Source of the DNA: Gemmatimonadales bacterium
Lineage (GTDB): Bacteria > Gemmatimonadota > Gemmatimonadetes > Gemmatimonadales > GWC2-71-9
Length of the DNA stretch: 64,000 nucleotides
NCBI GenBank assembly: GCA_037189525.1
Contig: JBBCJC010000002.1
Span: 672,001-736,000 of the forward strand
Reading direction: 5' to 3'
Shown: positions 9,823 to 19,941 of the stretch, in pieces
Layout of the letters: every line of letters begins with the position of its first letter
Position numbering within the stretch: position 1 is the first letter of the stretch
The notes under the pieces: model-generated
Databases searched by the model: none
The model's input: the letters and a program-made list of their open reading frames with translations, nothing else
Told to the model about the DNA's origin: nothing
Program-made: the position numbers and the translations under genes

Positions 9823-11110
9823 TGTGGCCGCCGTGGTGGTCCTCGGGATGGCAGCGGCCGGGGCCGTGGGGCAGGACAAGCCGGCATTGACGTTGACGGA
9901 GGCAGTCGAGCGGGCGCAGCGGGCACAGCCGCAGGTGGTGCAGGCCGAGAACGCGGTGCGTTCGGCGGACGCGCGGTTGCGCGCGGCCCGCGGTGCGTAT
10001 CTCCCCAACCTGACCCTGTCGAGTTCGGCGGGGCAGTTCTACACCGAGGGGCAGCGGATCGATCCGAGCACCGGTCAGCTCACGGCCAGCAACTCGACCA
10101 ATATCAGCTTGAACGGCAACGTACAGTCGAACATCGAACTGTTCGACGGCTTCCGGCGCGGCGCGGAATCGCGTTCGGCCCGGGCCAGCCGTGAGGCGGC
10201 GTCTGAAAATCTCGAGAATGCCCGCTTCAATCAGGAACTGCTGACGACCAACCAGTTCTTCGACGTGCTGGCTGCGCTGCAGCTGGTGCGGGTCCGCGAA
10301 GCCAGTGTCCGGCGTGCCGACGAGCAACTCAAGGTGTCGATCGCGCGGTTGCGGGCCGGTGCCGCGATCCGGTCCGATTCTCTGCGCTCGCTGGTGAACC
10401 TGGGCACGGCGCAGATCCAGTTGATCACGGCGCAATCGCAGCTGGCATCCGGCGAGGCCAACCTGGGCCGCCTGGTGGGCAACGAAGGGCCGGTCTCGGC
10501 CGTCGACGATTCGGCGTTCTATATGACGCATGCGGCGCTCGATACGCTGGCGCTGCGGACCGAGGCGCTCAATCGGTCGCCGCAGGTAATCGCGGCCGAG
10601 GCATCATATCGCGCGGCGCTGGCGACGGTCGACGTGGCCAAGGCCGGCTACTGGCCGACGCTCAATCTGGGCGGCTCGGCGTCGCTCAACGGCAGCCAGC
10701 AGAACGACTACCGCTTCAATCAGCAGCGGCAGGCGACGTTGTCGCTCAACTGGCAGGTCTTCAACCGGTTTACCCGGGAGCAGAACATTGCCAACCAGCG
10801 CGCCGCGGCCGACAACGCCGAGGCGACGGCGGCGGAAGCGCGCCGCCAGGTGCTGGCGAATCTCACGGCGCGCCTGGCCGAACTCGACGCGGCGCGGACC
10901 CGCTCTACGATTACCCAGACCAGTCTGGCGGCGGCTACCGAAGACCTTCGGGTCCAGCAGGAGCGCTACCGCCTGGGTGTTGCAACGATCGTCGATGTAC
11001 TGACCTCACAAGAGGCGCTGACGCAGGCCGAGGTCGATGTGGTGAATGCGCGGTTCGATTACCTGCGGGCGCGGGCCCAGATTCAGGCCCTGATCGGACG
11101 GAAACTATGA
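9809..11110 (+). CDS. TolC family outer membrane factor
   Basis: Signal peptide, LTLTEAV, YLPNL/YWPTL repeats, [13 protein letters not shown]. Confidence 0.93.
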   Translation: MIRSSVAAVVVLGMAAAGAVGQDKPALTLTEAVERAQRAQPQVVQAENAVRSADARLRAARGAYLPNLTLSSSAGQFYTEGQRIDPSTGQLTASNSTNISLNGNVQSNIELFDGFRRGAESRSARASREAASENLENARFNQELLTTNQFFDVLAALQLVRVREASVRRADEQLKVSIARLRAGAAIRSDSLRSLVNLGTAQIQLITAQSQLASGEANLGRLVGNEGPVSAVDDSAFYMTHAALDTLALRTEALNRSPQVIAAEASYRAALATVDVAKAGYWPTLNLGGSASLNGSQQNDYRFNQQRQATLSLNWQVFNRFTREQNIANQRAAADNAEATAAEARRQVLANLTARLAELDAARTRSTITQTSLAAATEDLRVQQERYRLGVATIVDVLTSQEALTQAEVDVVNARFDYLRARAQIQALIGRKL

Positions 11111-11859
11111 GTGTGGCTTCGATCGAAACGACGGCGGAGCGGATGGCGCTGCTGCCGGCCGACGTTCCGCGCGATGCGGTCATCGTCGTGCGGGACCTGC
11201 ATCGCGAGTATGTGATGGGGAGCGAGGTCGTGCGCGCCTTGCGCGGCATCGATCTCACCATCCGCAAGAACGAATTTGTCGCCATCATGGGACCGTCGGG
11301 GTCGGGCAAATCGACCCTGATGAACATGATCGGGTGTTTGGACACACCGACCTCGGGTGAGTACTGGCTCAACGGGTATCGGGTCTCCGAACTGAGCGAC
11401 GACCAGCTGGCGCGGATTCGCAACAAGGAAATCGGGTTCGTCTTTCAGACGTTCAACCTGCTGCCCCGCGCGACGGCGCTGCAGAACGTCGAACTCCCGA
11501 TGGTGTACGCCGGGATCAGCTCGAAGGATCGCCGGACGGCGGCCGAGGCGGCGCTGGCCCGGGTCGGTCTGCAGGAACGGATGCATCATCGGCCGAACGA
11601 GTTGTCCGGTGGTCAGCGGCAGCGCGTCGCCATTGCGCGCGCGCTGGTTAACACGCCGAGCATCATCCTGGCCGACGAGCCGACCGGTAACCTCGACTCC
11701 AAGACGAGCGAGGAAATCCTGGCGCTGTTCGAGCAGCTGCACAACGAAGGACAGACGATCGTGCTGGTAACCCACGAGCCGGATATTGCGGCACACGCCC
11801 GCCGCCAGATCCATGTACGTGACGGGCGGGTGGAGCGCGATTTCGCGACGGAGAAGTGA
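11107..11859 (+). CDS. ABC ATP-binding protein (MacB/LolD-type)
   Basis: [35 protein letters not shown]. Confidence 0.96.
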   Translation: MSVASIETTAERMALLPADVPRDAVIVVRDLHREYVMGSEVVRALRGIDLTIRKNEFVAIMGPSGSGKSTLMNMIGCLDTPTSGEYWLNGYRVSELSDDQLARIRNKEIGFVFQTFNLLPRATALQNVELPMVYAGISSKDRRTAAEAALARVGLQERMHHRPNELSGGQRQRVAIARALVNTPSIILADEPTGNLDSKTSEEILALFEQLHNEGQTIVLVTHEPDIAAHARRQIHVRDGRVERDFATEK

Positions 11860-13379
11860 TGACGGGACGTTTTGGTCGGGCGGCAGGAGTCGCATTGTTG
11901 ACATGGGTGGTCGGTGCCGGATGCAAACAACAGCAGGCGCCCGCCGTGTTGTATCAGTCGGTGCCGGTCGAGCGGCGCGATGTCGTCGTGTCGGCGCGGG
12001 CCACGGGTACGGTACAGCCCGATACGGTGGTTGAGGTCAAGTCGAAGGCGTCGGGCGAAATCCTCGAAATGCGTGCCGAGACGGGCGCCACCGTGCAGCG
12101 TGGCACCTTGCTGGTCCGGGTCGATCAGCGTTCGCCGCGCAACACGCTCAACCAGGCCGAGGCGGACCTGGAGGTGGCGCGCGCCCGGCTCCAGAATTCC
12201 GAGGCGCAGAAGCGGCGGTCCGACGAGCTTTTCAAGGAGCAGGTGATCACCGAGCAGGAACACGAGACGGCTGTGCTGGCGGTTGCCAACGCGCGTGCGG
12301 AAGTGATCCGTGGCCAGGTGGCGGTCGAGGAGTCGCGGATCGCGATGGAGGACACCGACGTCCTGGCGCCGATTGCCGGCACCATCATTGCCAAGAACGT
12401 CGAACGCGGCCAGGTCATTTCGTCGCCGACGCGAGACGTGGGCGGCGGTACGGTCCTGCTCACCATGGCCGACCTGGGTCTGGTGCAGGTGCGCACGCTG
12501 GTGGACGAGACCGATATCGGGAAAATCCGCTCCGGACTTCGGGCCACGGTGACGGTCGATGCCTATCCGAACCAGCCGTTTCACGGTGAGGTCCTCAAGA
12601 TCGAGCCGCAGGCGGAGACGCTCCAGAACGTGACCATGTTTCCGGTGCTGGTGCGGATCGACAATCGGAACGGTCTGCTCAAGCCGGGTATGAACGCCGA
12701 TGTCGAGTTGCACATCGGACGGCGCGACAGCGTTCTGGCGATTCCGAACGCGGCACTTCGGACCCAGCGGGATGTCGGGTCCGCGGCTACCGTGCTCGGG
12801 ATCTCCAATGAGGATCTCCAGTCGATGTTGACCGAGGCGCGGCGCACGGCTGAGACCGCGACGCAGCCGGCCGGGGGCGCCCGGGATTCGGCCGCGGCGC
12901 CGGCAGCCACGCAGGCGGCGGCCAATACCATGACTACACCGGACGGCCGGACCATCACGCTGCCTGAGGGCGTCACGGCGGCGCAGGCGCAGGCCATCTT
13001 CCGGAAGCGATTCTCCGGGGAAACGCTGACGGCCCAGGAGCAGCAGGTCATGCAGCAGCTCCAGCGCAGCTTCCGCGGCGGCGCGGGAGGCGGGGGCCGC
13101 GGTCGCCAGGCCGGCGGCGGCGGTGGCGGGAACGACTTCCAGTTCGGCGGCGACTACATCGTCTTCGTCCTCAAGAACGGCCGGCCGACGCCCGTGATGG
13201 TGCGTACCGGGTTGACCGATCTCGACTACAGCGAAGTGGTGCGCGGTTTGAGCCCGGAAGATTCGGTGCTGGTGCTGCCGAGCGCGAGCCTGGTGCAGCA
13301 GCAGCAGGAGCAGCGGACCCGGATCAATCAGATGACCGGGGGCGGTGGACTCCCCGGCGTGCGGACAGGAGGTCGGTAG
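11859..13379 (+). CDS. Periplasmic adaptor subunit (MacA-like lipoprotein)
   Basis: Lipobox GAGC, VEVKSKASG, API.GT, VDETDIG, LKPGMNA. Confidence 0.92.
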   Translation: MTGRFGRAAGVALLTWVVGAGCKQQQAPAVLYQSVPVERRDVVVSARATGTVQPDTVVEVKSKASGEILEMRAETGATVQRGTLLVRVDQRSPRNTLNQAEADLEVARARLQNSEAQKRRSDELFKEQVITEQEHETAVLAVANARAEVIRGQVAVEESRIAMEDTDVLAPIAGTIIAKNVERGQVISSPTRDVGGGTVLLTMADLGLVQVRTLVDETDIGKIRSGLRATVTVDAYPNQPFHGEVLKIEPQAETLQNVTMFPVLVRIDNRNGLLKPGMNADVELHIGRRDSVLAIPNAALRTQRDVGSAATVLGISNEDLQSMLTEARRTAETATQPAGGARDSAAAPAATQAAANTMTTPDGRTITLPEGVTAAQAQAIFRKRFSGETLTAQEQQVMQQLQRSFRGGAGGGGRGRQAGGGGGGNDFQFGGDYIVFVLKNGRPTPVMVRTGLTDLDYSEVVRGLSPEDSVLVLPSASLVQQQQEQRTRINQMTGGGGLPGVRTGGR

Positions 13380-13380
13380 C

Positions 13381-14595
13381 GTGATCGTCGGCGAAACGTT
13401 CAAGGTCGCGCTCTCGAGCATCCGGGCCAACAAGCTCCGGGCTTCGCTCACCATGCTGGGCATCATCATCGGCGTCGGCGCGGTGATCGCGGTCGTGGCG
13501 CTGGGAACCGGTGCGCAGCGGGCGGTCGAGGAGCGGATCAAGGCGCTCGGCACCAACGTGCTGACCGTCTTTCCCGGGCAGTCGTTCATGGGAGGGCGCG
13601 CCTCGGACGTTCGGGTCAACCTCACGGTCGACGATTCCGACGCCCTGCGTGCTGACGCCAAGCTGATTGCGGAGGTCGTGCCGGAGATTTCCCGGAACAT
13701 GACGGTCGTGTACGGTAATCAGAACCTCAACTCGAGCATCGTCGGGACCACCCCGAACTTTCTGCCGGTCAAGAACTTCCAGGTCGAATACGGTGAGATG
13801 TTCACCACCGGCGATGATGCGGCCCGGCAGCGGTATGCCGTGATCGGCAGCGCCATCCCGACCATGCTGAATGCCAACCCCGCAGCGTTGATCAAGCAGA
13901 CCATCTCGATCGGCGGGCAGAACTTCGAAGTGATCGGCGTGCTCGCGGCCAAGGGCGCGGCCATGTCGTTTCAGAACCCGGACGAGCAGATCCTGATTCC
14001 GCTCAGCACGGCGCGGTATCGGTTGATGGGCACCGACCGGCTCCGGCAGATCAGCCTCCAGGTGCGTGATGGCGTTCCGCTCGACCAGGGCATGGTCGAC
14101 ATCGAACGGATCATGCGGCGGGAGCACAAGATCCGCCCGGGGGCGCCGAACGACTTCCAGATCCGCAACCAGCAGGAGTTCCTCGCGACGCAGCAGCAGA
14201 CCACGCAGGTCTTCGGCGTGCTGCTGGCCAGTATCGCGGCAGTGTCGCTGGTGGTGGGCGGTATCGGAATCATGAACATCATGCTGGTGTCCGTCACCGA
14301 ACGGACCCGTGAGATCGGCGTGCGCCGCGCATTGGGCGCCACCAAACTCAACATCATGGGGCAGTTCCTGGTCGAGGCCGTGGTGCTCTGCCTGATGGGC
14401 GGGTTGTTCGGCGTGCTGGCCGGCGCGGCTGGTGCGAAGGCGATGTCCAAGTTCCTGGGCTGGACCACCATCGTCTCGCCGACGGCGGTGATGGTGGCCT
14501 TCCTGTTCAGCGCCTTCGTAGGACTCTTTTTCGGGCTCTGGCCCGCGCGCCGAGCGGCCAGTCTCAATACGATCGACGCGCTGCGGTACGAGTAA
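13381..14595 (+). CDS. ABC permease (MacB-like)
   Basis: NKLRASLTMLGIIIGV, GGIGIMNIMLVSVTERTREIG, IDALRYE. Confidence 0.95.
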   Translation: MIVGETFKVALSSIRANKLRASLTMLGIIIGVGAVIAVVALGTGAQRAVEERIKALGTNVLTVFPGQSFMGGRASDVRVNLTVDDSDALRADAKLIAEVVPEISRNMTVVYGNQNLNSSIVGTTPNFLPVKNFQVEYGEMFTTGDDAARQRYAVIGSAIPTMLNANPAALIKQTISIGGQNFEVIGVLAAKGAAMSFQNPDEQILIPLSTARYRLMGTDRLRQISLQVRDGVPLDQGMVDIERIMRREHKIRPGAPNDFQIRNQQEFLATQQQTTQVFGVLLASIAAVSLVVGGIGIMNIMLVSVTERTREIGVRRALGATKLNIMGQFLVEAVVLCLMGGLFGVLAGAAGAKAMSKFLGWTTIVSPTAVMVAFLFSAFVGLFFGLWPARRAASLNTIDALRYE

Positions 14596-14612
14596 CCCGC
14601 TGTTCGGCCGGC

Positions 14613-14633
14613 CGCGGCGGGCTCCCCGCCGCG
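14613..14633 (+). terminator. GC-rich hairpin after exporter operon
   Basis: CGCGGCGGG-ctc-CCCGCCGCG; weak U tract. Confidence 0.4.
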
Positions 14634-14661
14634 CGCCGGTCTTCCTATCTTGCCTCACCTC

Positions 14662-15657
14662 ATGCCTACCAGCGTAATACTCGGCACTGGCCGAGCCGTT
14701 CCGGAGCGGGTCGTCACCAACGATGAGCTCGCAGCTTTGATCGATACGTCCGACGAATGGATCCGAACCAGGACCGGCATCGAACGCCGGCATTGGATCA
14801 CGCCGGGCGAAACCGGCGTTGCCCTTGCCGTCACGGCATCGCGGCAGGCGCTCGCGATGGCCGGTATCGAACCGGGCGAGCTCGATGCCATCGTCTACTC
14901 GTCGTCGACTCCGGACCAGTTTCTTCCCGGCAACGGTGTGTTGCTGCAGGATCGGCTCGGCGCCAGGACCATTCCGGCAATCGATCTTCGGATGCAGTGC
15001 GCGGGATTCATCTACGGTCTGTCCGTCGCCGACAACTTCATCCGGCTGGGCACCTACCGGAAGATTCTGGTGGTGGGGCAGGAGATCCAGTCCACCCGGA
15101 TGGACGTGAGCGACCGGGGTCGCAACACGGCGGTGATCTTTGCGGACGGAGCGGGGGCGGTGGTCCTCGCAGCGACTGAGGAGCCGGGGCGCGGTATTCT
15201 GGCCGTCGATCTGGGCTCGGACGGAGCGCACGCCGAAACGCTCTGGGTACCGGAGCCGGGTGCGATCTGGTCGCCGATGATCAATGCGGAGCGGTACGCG
15301 GCTGGCCGGTATTTCCTGCACATGGATGGGAAAGAAGTCTTTCGTCACGCGGTGGAGCGGATGCCGGCGTCGGTGCGCAGCTGTCTGGACCGTGCGGGGC
15401 TGGCTCCGGCCGACCTCGATCTCCTGATTCCGCACCAGGCCAACGCTCGGATTACCGACGCGGTGCAGCGGTCGCTCGGGCTCCGGGACGATCAGGTCTA
15501 CGGTAACATTGCCCGGTACGGCAACACCACCTCGGCAAGCATCCCGATTGCGCTCGATGAATGTGTGCGCGCCGAGCGGGTGCGGCCTGGCGCGCAGGTG
15601 GCGTTTACGGCGTTCGGGTCGGGATTTGTCTGGGGCAGCGTCCTGCTGCGCTGGTAG
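14662..15657 (+). CDS. fabH: 3-oxoacyl-ACP synthase III
   Basis: DTSDEWIRTRTGI, QCAGF, PHQAN, GNTTSAS, FGSG. Confidence 0.93.
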   Translation: MPTSVILGTGRAVPERVVTNDELAALIDTSDEWIRTRTGIERRHWITPGETGVALAVTASRQALAMAGIEPGELDAIVYSSSTPDQFLPGNGVLLQDRLGARTIPAIDLRMQCAGFIYGLSVADNFIRLGTYRKILVVGQEIQSTRMDVSDRGRNTAVIFADGAGAVVLAATEEPGRGILAVDLGSDGAHAETLWVPEPGAIWSPMINAERYAAGRYFLHMDGKEVFRHAVERMPASVRSCLDRAGLAPADLDLLIPHQANARITDAVQRSLGLRDDQVYGNIARYGNTTSASIPIALDECVRAERVRPGAQVAFTAFGSGFVWGSVLLRW

Positions 15658-15660
15658 CGG

Positions 15661-16092
15661 CTAGCGCGCCACCAGCGGATACTTGCGGGAGTAGTAATCG
15701 CCGGTACGGTACCCGACGGCGCGGTAGAGCTGCTGGTTCGGGTCGTCGACGTCCTGGATGAACAGGTGGAGCGATCCGGGCCACATAGTGGCCTGCATGG
15801 TCCAGCGGTCTTCCTCAGACACGTAGACCCACTGCAGTGCGCCACCGCCCGCGTCGGTCAGGTGGACTCGGCTGGCCCGTTCGAGCGACACCTTTTCGGG
15901 CAGACCGGCTACGGCGGCGCCCCAGGGTTCGAGTTCGATGGTGGCCTGCATCCAGGTGTCGACGATCAGCGTACCGGCAATCGGGTTGGCCATCGAGGGG
16001 ACTTCGAAATCGACACTCCACTCGCCCAGCACGTCCCAGGCGTGGTCCATGGGGCCGATATTGGGTATCTCGATGGTGGGATGCTTCGTCAT
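15661..16092 (-). CDS. Hypothetical protein (beta-rich)
   Basis: SD GGAGAA before ATG; natural composition; no motif recognised. Confidence 0.7.
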   Translation of the reverse strand: MTKHPTIEIPNIGPMDHAWDVLGEWSVDFEVPSMANPIAGTLIVDTWMQATIELEPWGAAVAGLPEKVSLERASRVHLTDAGGGALQWVYVSEEDRWTMQATMWPGSLHLFIQDVDDPNQQLYRAVGYRTGDYYSRKYPLVAR

Positions 16093-16224
16093 GGTTTCTC
16101 CGGCTGGTCCGGGAGGTCCCGGGCGGTCGGTTCCTGGAAAGGTGGCGCAAACGGCGTCACTTTTCGTCCGCGGCTTTCCTGCGGGTAGCGGTAGTATCGG
16201 CAGGGGTGCCGGAGTATGAAGGGC

Positions 16225-16251
16225 TGAAACAGGGCGGCATCCTGTTGCGTA
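16225..16251 (+). promoter_or_regulatory. ECF-type promoter
   Basis: TGAAAC-N17-CGTA, 41 bp before GTG 16293. Confidence 0.6.
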
Positions 16252-16292
16252 CTGGAACGCCAGGACGGATTCAAGCGAACGGAGGTGGTAAC

Positions 16293-16559
16293 GTGTTCGA
16301 GATCCTATCGTTGGCCCTGGCTGTGGGGGTCGGGGTGTTGTCGTTCGGGTTTGCGCGCGGGTTCGTGCGGCGCCGGCTTCGGTTCGTGGACGGGGTCTAC
16401 TCCCCGGTGGTTCCGGTCATTGCGGCGGTCGGGGCTGCTTTGGTCGCCCTCCCGCTGACCCTATTGCCGCTGATCACGGGGTTTACGGCCGCGGTCTTCG
16501 GGCTCGGGGCGGGGTTGGGTACGGCCAGCGGGGTCAAGGCGCTCAAGCGGGGCGAGTAG
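16293..16559 (+). CDS. Small membrane protein
   Basis: SD GGAGGT + GTG; 88 aa with three hydrophobic segments. Confidence 0.78.
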   Translation: MFEILSLALAVGVGVLSFGFARGFVRRRLRFVDGVYSPVVPVIAAVGAALVALPLTLLPLITGFTAAVFGLGAGLGTASGVKALKRGE

Positions 16560-16589
16560 TCCCGGGTGGGCTCCGCTTATCTTTGGGTC

Positions 16590-16832
16590 ATGGCTACCGT
16601 GACCTGTGTGCGCTGCGGCGAGACCCGAGACGGCGTTCCGTTCCGCCCGTTTCCGAATGAGCTGGGCCAGCGCATTGTCGACCAGATCTGCAACGTCTGT
16701 TGGGCCGAGTGGCTCAAGCTGCAGCAGCAGCTGATCAACCACTACGGCCTCAATCTGCGGGACCAGCGCGCCAAGGAGTTCCTCTACGGCGAACTGGACA
16801 AACTGCTCTTTACCAACGCATCCCAATCCTGA
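16590..16832 (+). CDS. Fe(II)-trafficking / oxidative damage protection protein (YggX family)
   Basis: TCVRCG, PFPNELGQRI...CWAEW...QLINHYGLNL. Confidence 0.88.
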   Translation: MATVTCVRCGETRDGVPFRPFPNELGQRIVDQICNVCWAEWLKLQQQLINHYGLNLRDQRAKEFLYGELDKLLFTNASQS

Positions 16833-17763
16833 ACGACAGATCGACGGCCGGGCCGGAAGGCAGCAGGTCCTCGGTCATCCCGAAAAACCATTCCGGGCCC
16901 TTCTTGGCTTTGAGCAGGAAGCCGTAGTCGAGGGTCAGCTCCGAGTTGTCCAGCGGTTTGACCGTGGTGCCTTGATAGGTCGGGGTGTGGTAGAACAGGT
17001 TGATGAACGCGGCCTGTTGTCCCCAGAACCGGAAGCGCACCCCGCCGTTGGCCGACGCGAACACGGTCCGCTGATACTCGCTCAACGCCCCGTGCTTCGG
17101 GGTGGTGCCGATGCCGAGCCCTCCCTCGGCGGTCCAGCGGTGGTCGAGTTGGGCCCGGGCGGTCGTGAGCAGACTCGCCGAGACGACCTGGCGGCCGTAT
17201 CCCTCTGGGGCGCCGACCGGGAGGGTCACGGCAACGGTCGTCTGCCAGTGTGAGGTGTGCCGGTGGCCCGCGATCAGGCGGAGGTCGCCCAGGAAGCCGC
17301 GGTGCTTCGGAAACGTGATGCTGTCGCCGGCGGGGGTCTTGATCAGATACTCGAACTGATTGCGGGGCCGGACCTCGCGGGCAGCCACCTGCAGCCCGGT
17401 CAGGTTGTGGTACCAGTCGAGGAAGCCATCGAGGAAGCCGTCGTTCGAGGCATTGAAGCCGATCGAGGCGCCGACGAACCCGTTGCCCAGGTTCCGGGTG
17501 GCGGTCAGGTCGACCCGGAGCACCTCGGCGTCGAGGACGATCCGGCTGCTGGGCCGTCCCTGGTACTCGATCATGTTGGCCAGGTCCATCAAGGCCCGGA
17601 ACTCCCAGGTCTTGCCGGCGTCGATATAGGGCTGGGTGTACAAGCCTGACCGGGCGGTCTGCACCGGATTGACGGGAATATATGGCGGCAGACTCTGCGC
17701 AGCGAGCGGATAACTTCCGAGCATGAGCGCGAGCAGCGGAACGGCAGTGCGGGGCGTGATCAT
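16810..17763 (-). CDS. Exported protein, DUF3187-like outer-membrane beta-barrel
   Basis: Signal peptide, DGFLDGFLDWYHNLTG, MTEDL, terminal aromatic (MRW). Confidence 0.75.
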   Translation of the reverse strand: MITPRTAVPLLALMLGSYPLAAQSLPPYIPVNPVQTARSGLYTQPYIDAGKTWEFRALMDLANMIEYQGRPSSRIVLDAEVLRVDLTATRNLGNGFVGASIGFNASNDGFLDGFLDWYHNLTGLQVAAREVRPRNQFEYLIKTPAGDSITFPKHRGFLGDLRLIAGHRHTSHWQTTVAVTLPVGAPEGYGRQVVSASLLTTARAQLDHRWTAEGGLGIGTTPKHGALSEYQRTVFASANGGVRFRFWGQQAAFINLFYHTPTYQGTTVKPLDNSELTLDYGFLLKAKKGPEWFFGMTEDLLPSGPAVDLSFRIGMRW

Positions 17764-17792
17764 CCGGGGAAAATAGCGGCACCGCGGTCAGT

Positions 17793-17832
17793 CACACCTC
17801 CCTCGATCGTGATCACGGTCGAGGGAGGTGTG
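17793..17832. terminator. Long hairpin downstream of SRPBCC gene
   Basis: CACACCTCCCTCGA...TCGAGGGAGGTGTG 14-bp perfect stem with further inner pairing. Confidence 0.55.
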
Positions 17833-17855
17833 GTTTCCCGAAGTAGCAGCGGAGA

Positions 17856-18314
17856 TCAGGCCCCGTCCGGGATCTCCGGCTCGACCAGGCGCGCAAGCTG
17901 CTCCAACGATTCCTGCCAGCCGAGGTAGCAGTACTCGACCGGGATCGAGGGTGGGAGATTGGCCTGCGTCACGTGGATCTCGGTACCGACAGCTACCGGC
18001 GCCAGCGACACGGTGACTTCCATGATCTCCGGCATGGCCGGATCGTCGAACTGGTCGGTGGAGCGGATCAGCGAGTTCTGGACGAGCTCGAGATACTTCA
18101 CGCGGAAGGAGTGGCTGCTCCCCGTGCCGAAGTTGGTGAAGGACATCCGGTAGCCGCCGCCGACTCGCGCGTCGATCTCGTGCACCTTGCCGAGAAAACC
18201 GTAGGGCGGGAGCCATCGTTCCAGCGCGCTGGCGTCGAAGAAGGCGCGATAGACGCGCTCAGGCGGAGCACGGAGCACTCGATGTAAGCGGACGGTGTTG
18301 TTGTCTTTTGACAT
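17856..18314 (-). CDS. SRPBCC/AHSA1 family protein
   Basis: TVRLHRVLRAPPERVYRAF, DARVGGGYRMSF, CYLGWQESL. Confidence 0.92.
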   Translation of the reverse strand: MSKDNNTVRLHRVLRAPPERVYRAFFDASALERWLPPYGFLGKVHEIDARVGGGYRMSFTNFGTGSSHSFRVKYLELVQNSLIRSTDQFDDPAMPEIMEVTVSLAPVAVGTEIHVTQANLPPSIPVEYCYLGWQESLEQLARLVEPEIPDGA

Positions 18315-18370
18315 GATCGTTTCTCCTCTGGTCGTTGACGCCGCCCTCGTGTTCCCGGGCGGCAGATGTG

Positions 18371-18829
18371 TCATCCGTTGACGGCTGCCGGGTCCATCCA
18401 GAACGGCTCCCAGGTATGCCCGTCGGGATCGCGGAAACTCCAGCCGTACATGAAGCCGTGATCCACCGGGTCGCCAGCGTGGCTACCGCCCGCTGCGATC
18501 GCGCTCTTCACCATCAGGTCGACATCTTCGCGCTTCGCAACGGAGAGCGCGAAGAGCGCATAGGTCTCCTTGCCGCGGTTACCGAAGGGGCGCTTGGTAA
18601 ACTCCTTGAACCGCGGCTCGGTGAGCAGCATGAAGTAGGCATCTTCGCCCACCAACATGCAGGTGGCGGTTGCGTCGGTGAACTGCGTGTTGAAGCGGAA
18701 GCCAAGCGCCTCGAAGAAGGTGATCGAGCGCTGCAGATCGGTCACTGGGATGTTCACGAAGAGCTTGCGCGGAGTGTCCGGCGCGGTACCGGCGCGCGTG
18801 ATCACTGGGGCCTTGCTGATATCCGTCAT
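18371..18829 (-). CDS. VOC/glyoxalase family protein
   Basis: LFVNIPVTDLQRS..FF..LGF, DHGFMYGWSFRDPDGHTWE. Confidence 0.92.
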   Translation of the reverse strand: MTDISKAPVITRAGTAPDTPRKLFVNIPVTDLQRSITFFEALGFRFNTQFTDATATCMLVGEDAYFMLLTEPRFKEFTKRPFGNRGKETYALFALSVAKREDVDLMVKSAIAAGGSHAGDPVDHGFMYGWSFRDPDGHTWEPFWMDPAAVNG

Positions 18830-18911
18830 GATGGTCTCCTGCCCGTTTTGGGGCCGTTGTCCGGATGGGTGCATGGGACGACAGCTCCCGGTCCGGCGAT
18901 GTATGTACCCC

Positions 18912-18942
18912 CTTAGACGGCGGGACCGGCCCAAACTCATCG
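18912..18942 (-). promoter_or_regulatory. SigG-type ECF promoter for glyoxalase gene
   Basis: Minus strand CGATGA(18942-18937)-N18-GTCTAAG. Confidence 0.6.
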
Positions 18943-18984
18943 GTCGATCATCGGCCACCTGTTAAGTCGTTGAGGCTTGGTGCT

Positions 18985-19941
18985 TTAGTGGCCGAGCGTG
19001 AGGGGGAGTCCGAACCGGGGAAAGAGGGTTTCGACGTCGAGGTAGGAGGTCATTGCGGTGATCCTGGTGTCGTCCAACTCCAGCAGGATGAGGGCCCAGG
19101 CCCGGGCGCCGTGATCCCGGTACTGGGCAAACGCCGGTGTGCCACCGCTGGCTTGGACCGGGACCAGGACCGATCCTCGGCAGCCGATCCCGTGACCCAG
19201 AAACCACCGCGAGACCGAATCGTGGCCTCGGAGCCAGAGGTCGAAGGGCGGCATGGAGAGGGTCACTTCGTCGTGGAGCAGTTCGGTCAGCGCCGTCACG
19301 TCGTACGCTTCGAACGCGGCCAGGTAGCGTTCGAGGAGCGACTGCTGCTCGGCGCTGAGCAAGCGCGGCACCACCGCCGGATTGCGGGTCGCCAAGGTAG
19401 CTCTGGCACGCTGCAGGGCGCTATTCACCGCGGCGACCGTCATGTCCAGCGACGTAGCCGTCTCGGCCGCCGACCAGTTGAGCACCTGGGTGAGCAGCAG
19501 AACCGCGCGCTGCCGGGGCGGTAGGTACTGCAGCGCGGCGACGAACGCGAGACGGATGCTTTCCCTGAGGATGGCATGCTCCTCGGGGTCGGTGGAATCC
19601 TCGGCCGGGAGGGCCAACGCATCGGGAATCGGCTCGACCCAATGCTCGGGCGGTTGCGTAGCGAGGCGCATGTCGTCTTGGACTTCTGCCGGCGCGGGCG
19701 TGGTATCGACCGGACGATGACGCCGCCGGGCCGCGTGACTCAGCGAGTCCAGGCATACATTGGTGGCGATCCGGTAGAGCCAGGTGCGCAGAGACGCCTG
19801 CTGACGAAACGAGTCCCGGTGCTTCCACGCCCTGAGCAGGGCCTCCTGGACCGCATCTTCGGCGTCGACGACCGAACCGAGCATCCGGTAGCAGTGGCCC
19901 GTGAGGGCAGCGCGATGTTCCTCGAACGTAACAGCAGTCAT
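18985..19941 (-). CDS. ECF sigma factor with C-terminal SnoaL-like domain (SigG-like)
   Basis: HCYRMLGSVVDAEDAVQE, ESIRLAFVAALQYLPPRQRA, NSALQRARATL, LSMPP. Confidence 0.93.
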   Translation of the reverse strand: MTAVTFEEHRAALTGHCYRMLGSVVDAEDAVQEALLRAWKHRDSFRQQASLRTWLYRIATNVCLDSLSHAARRRHRPVDTTPAPAEVQDDMRLATQPPEHWVEPIPDALALPAEDSTDPEEHAILRESIRLAFVAALQYLPPRQRAVLLLTQVLNWSAAETATSLDMTVAAVNSALQRARATLATRNPAVVPRLLSAEQQSLLERYLAAFEAYDVTALTELLHDEVTLSMPPFDLWLRGHDSVSRWFLGHGIGCRGSVLVPVQASGGTPAFAQYRDHGARAWALILLELDDTRITAMTSYLDVETLFPRFGLPLTLGH

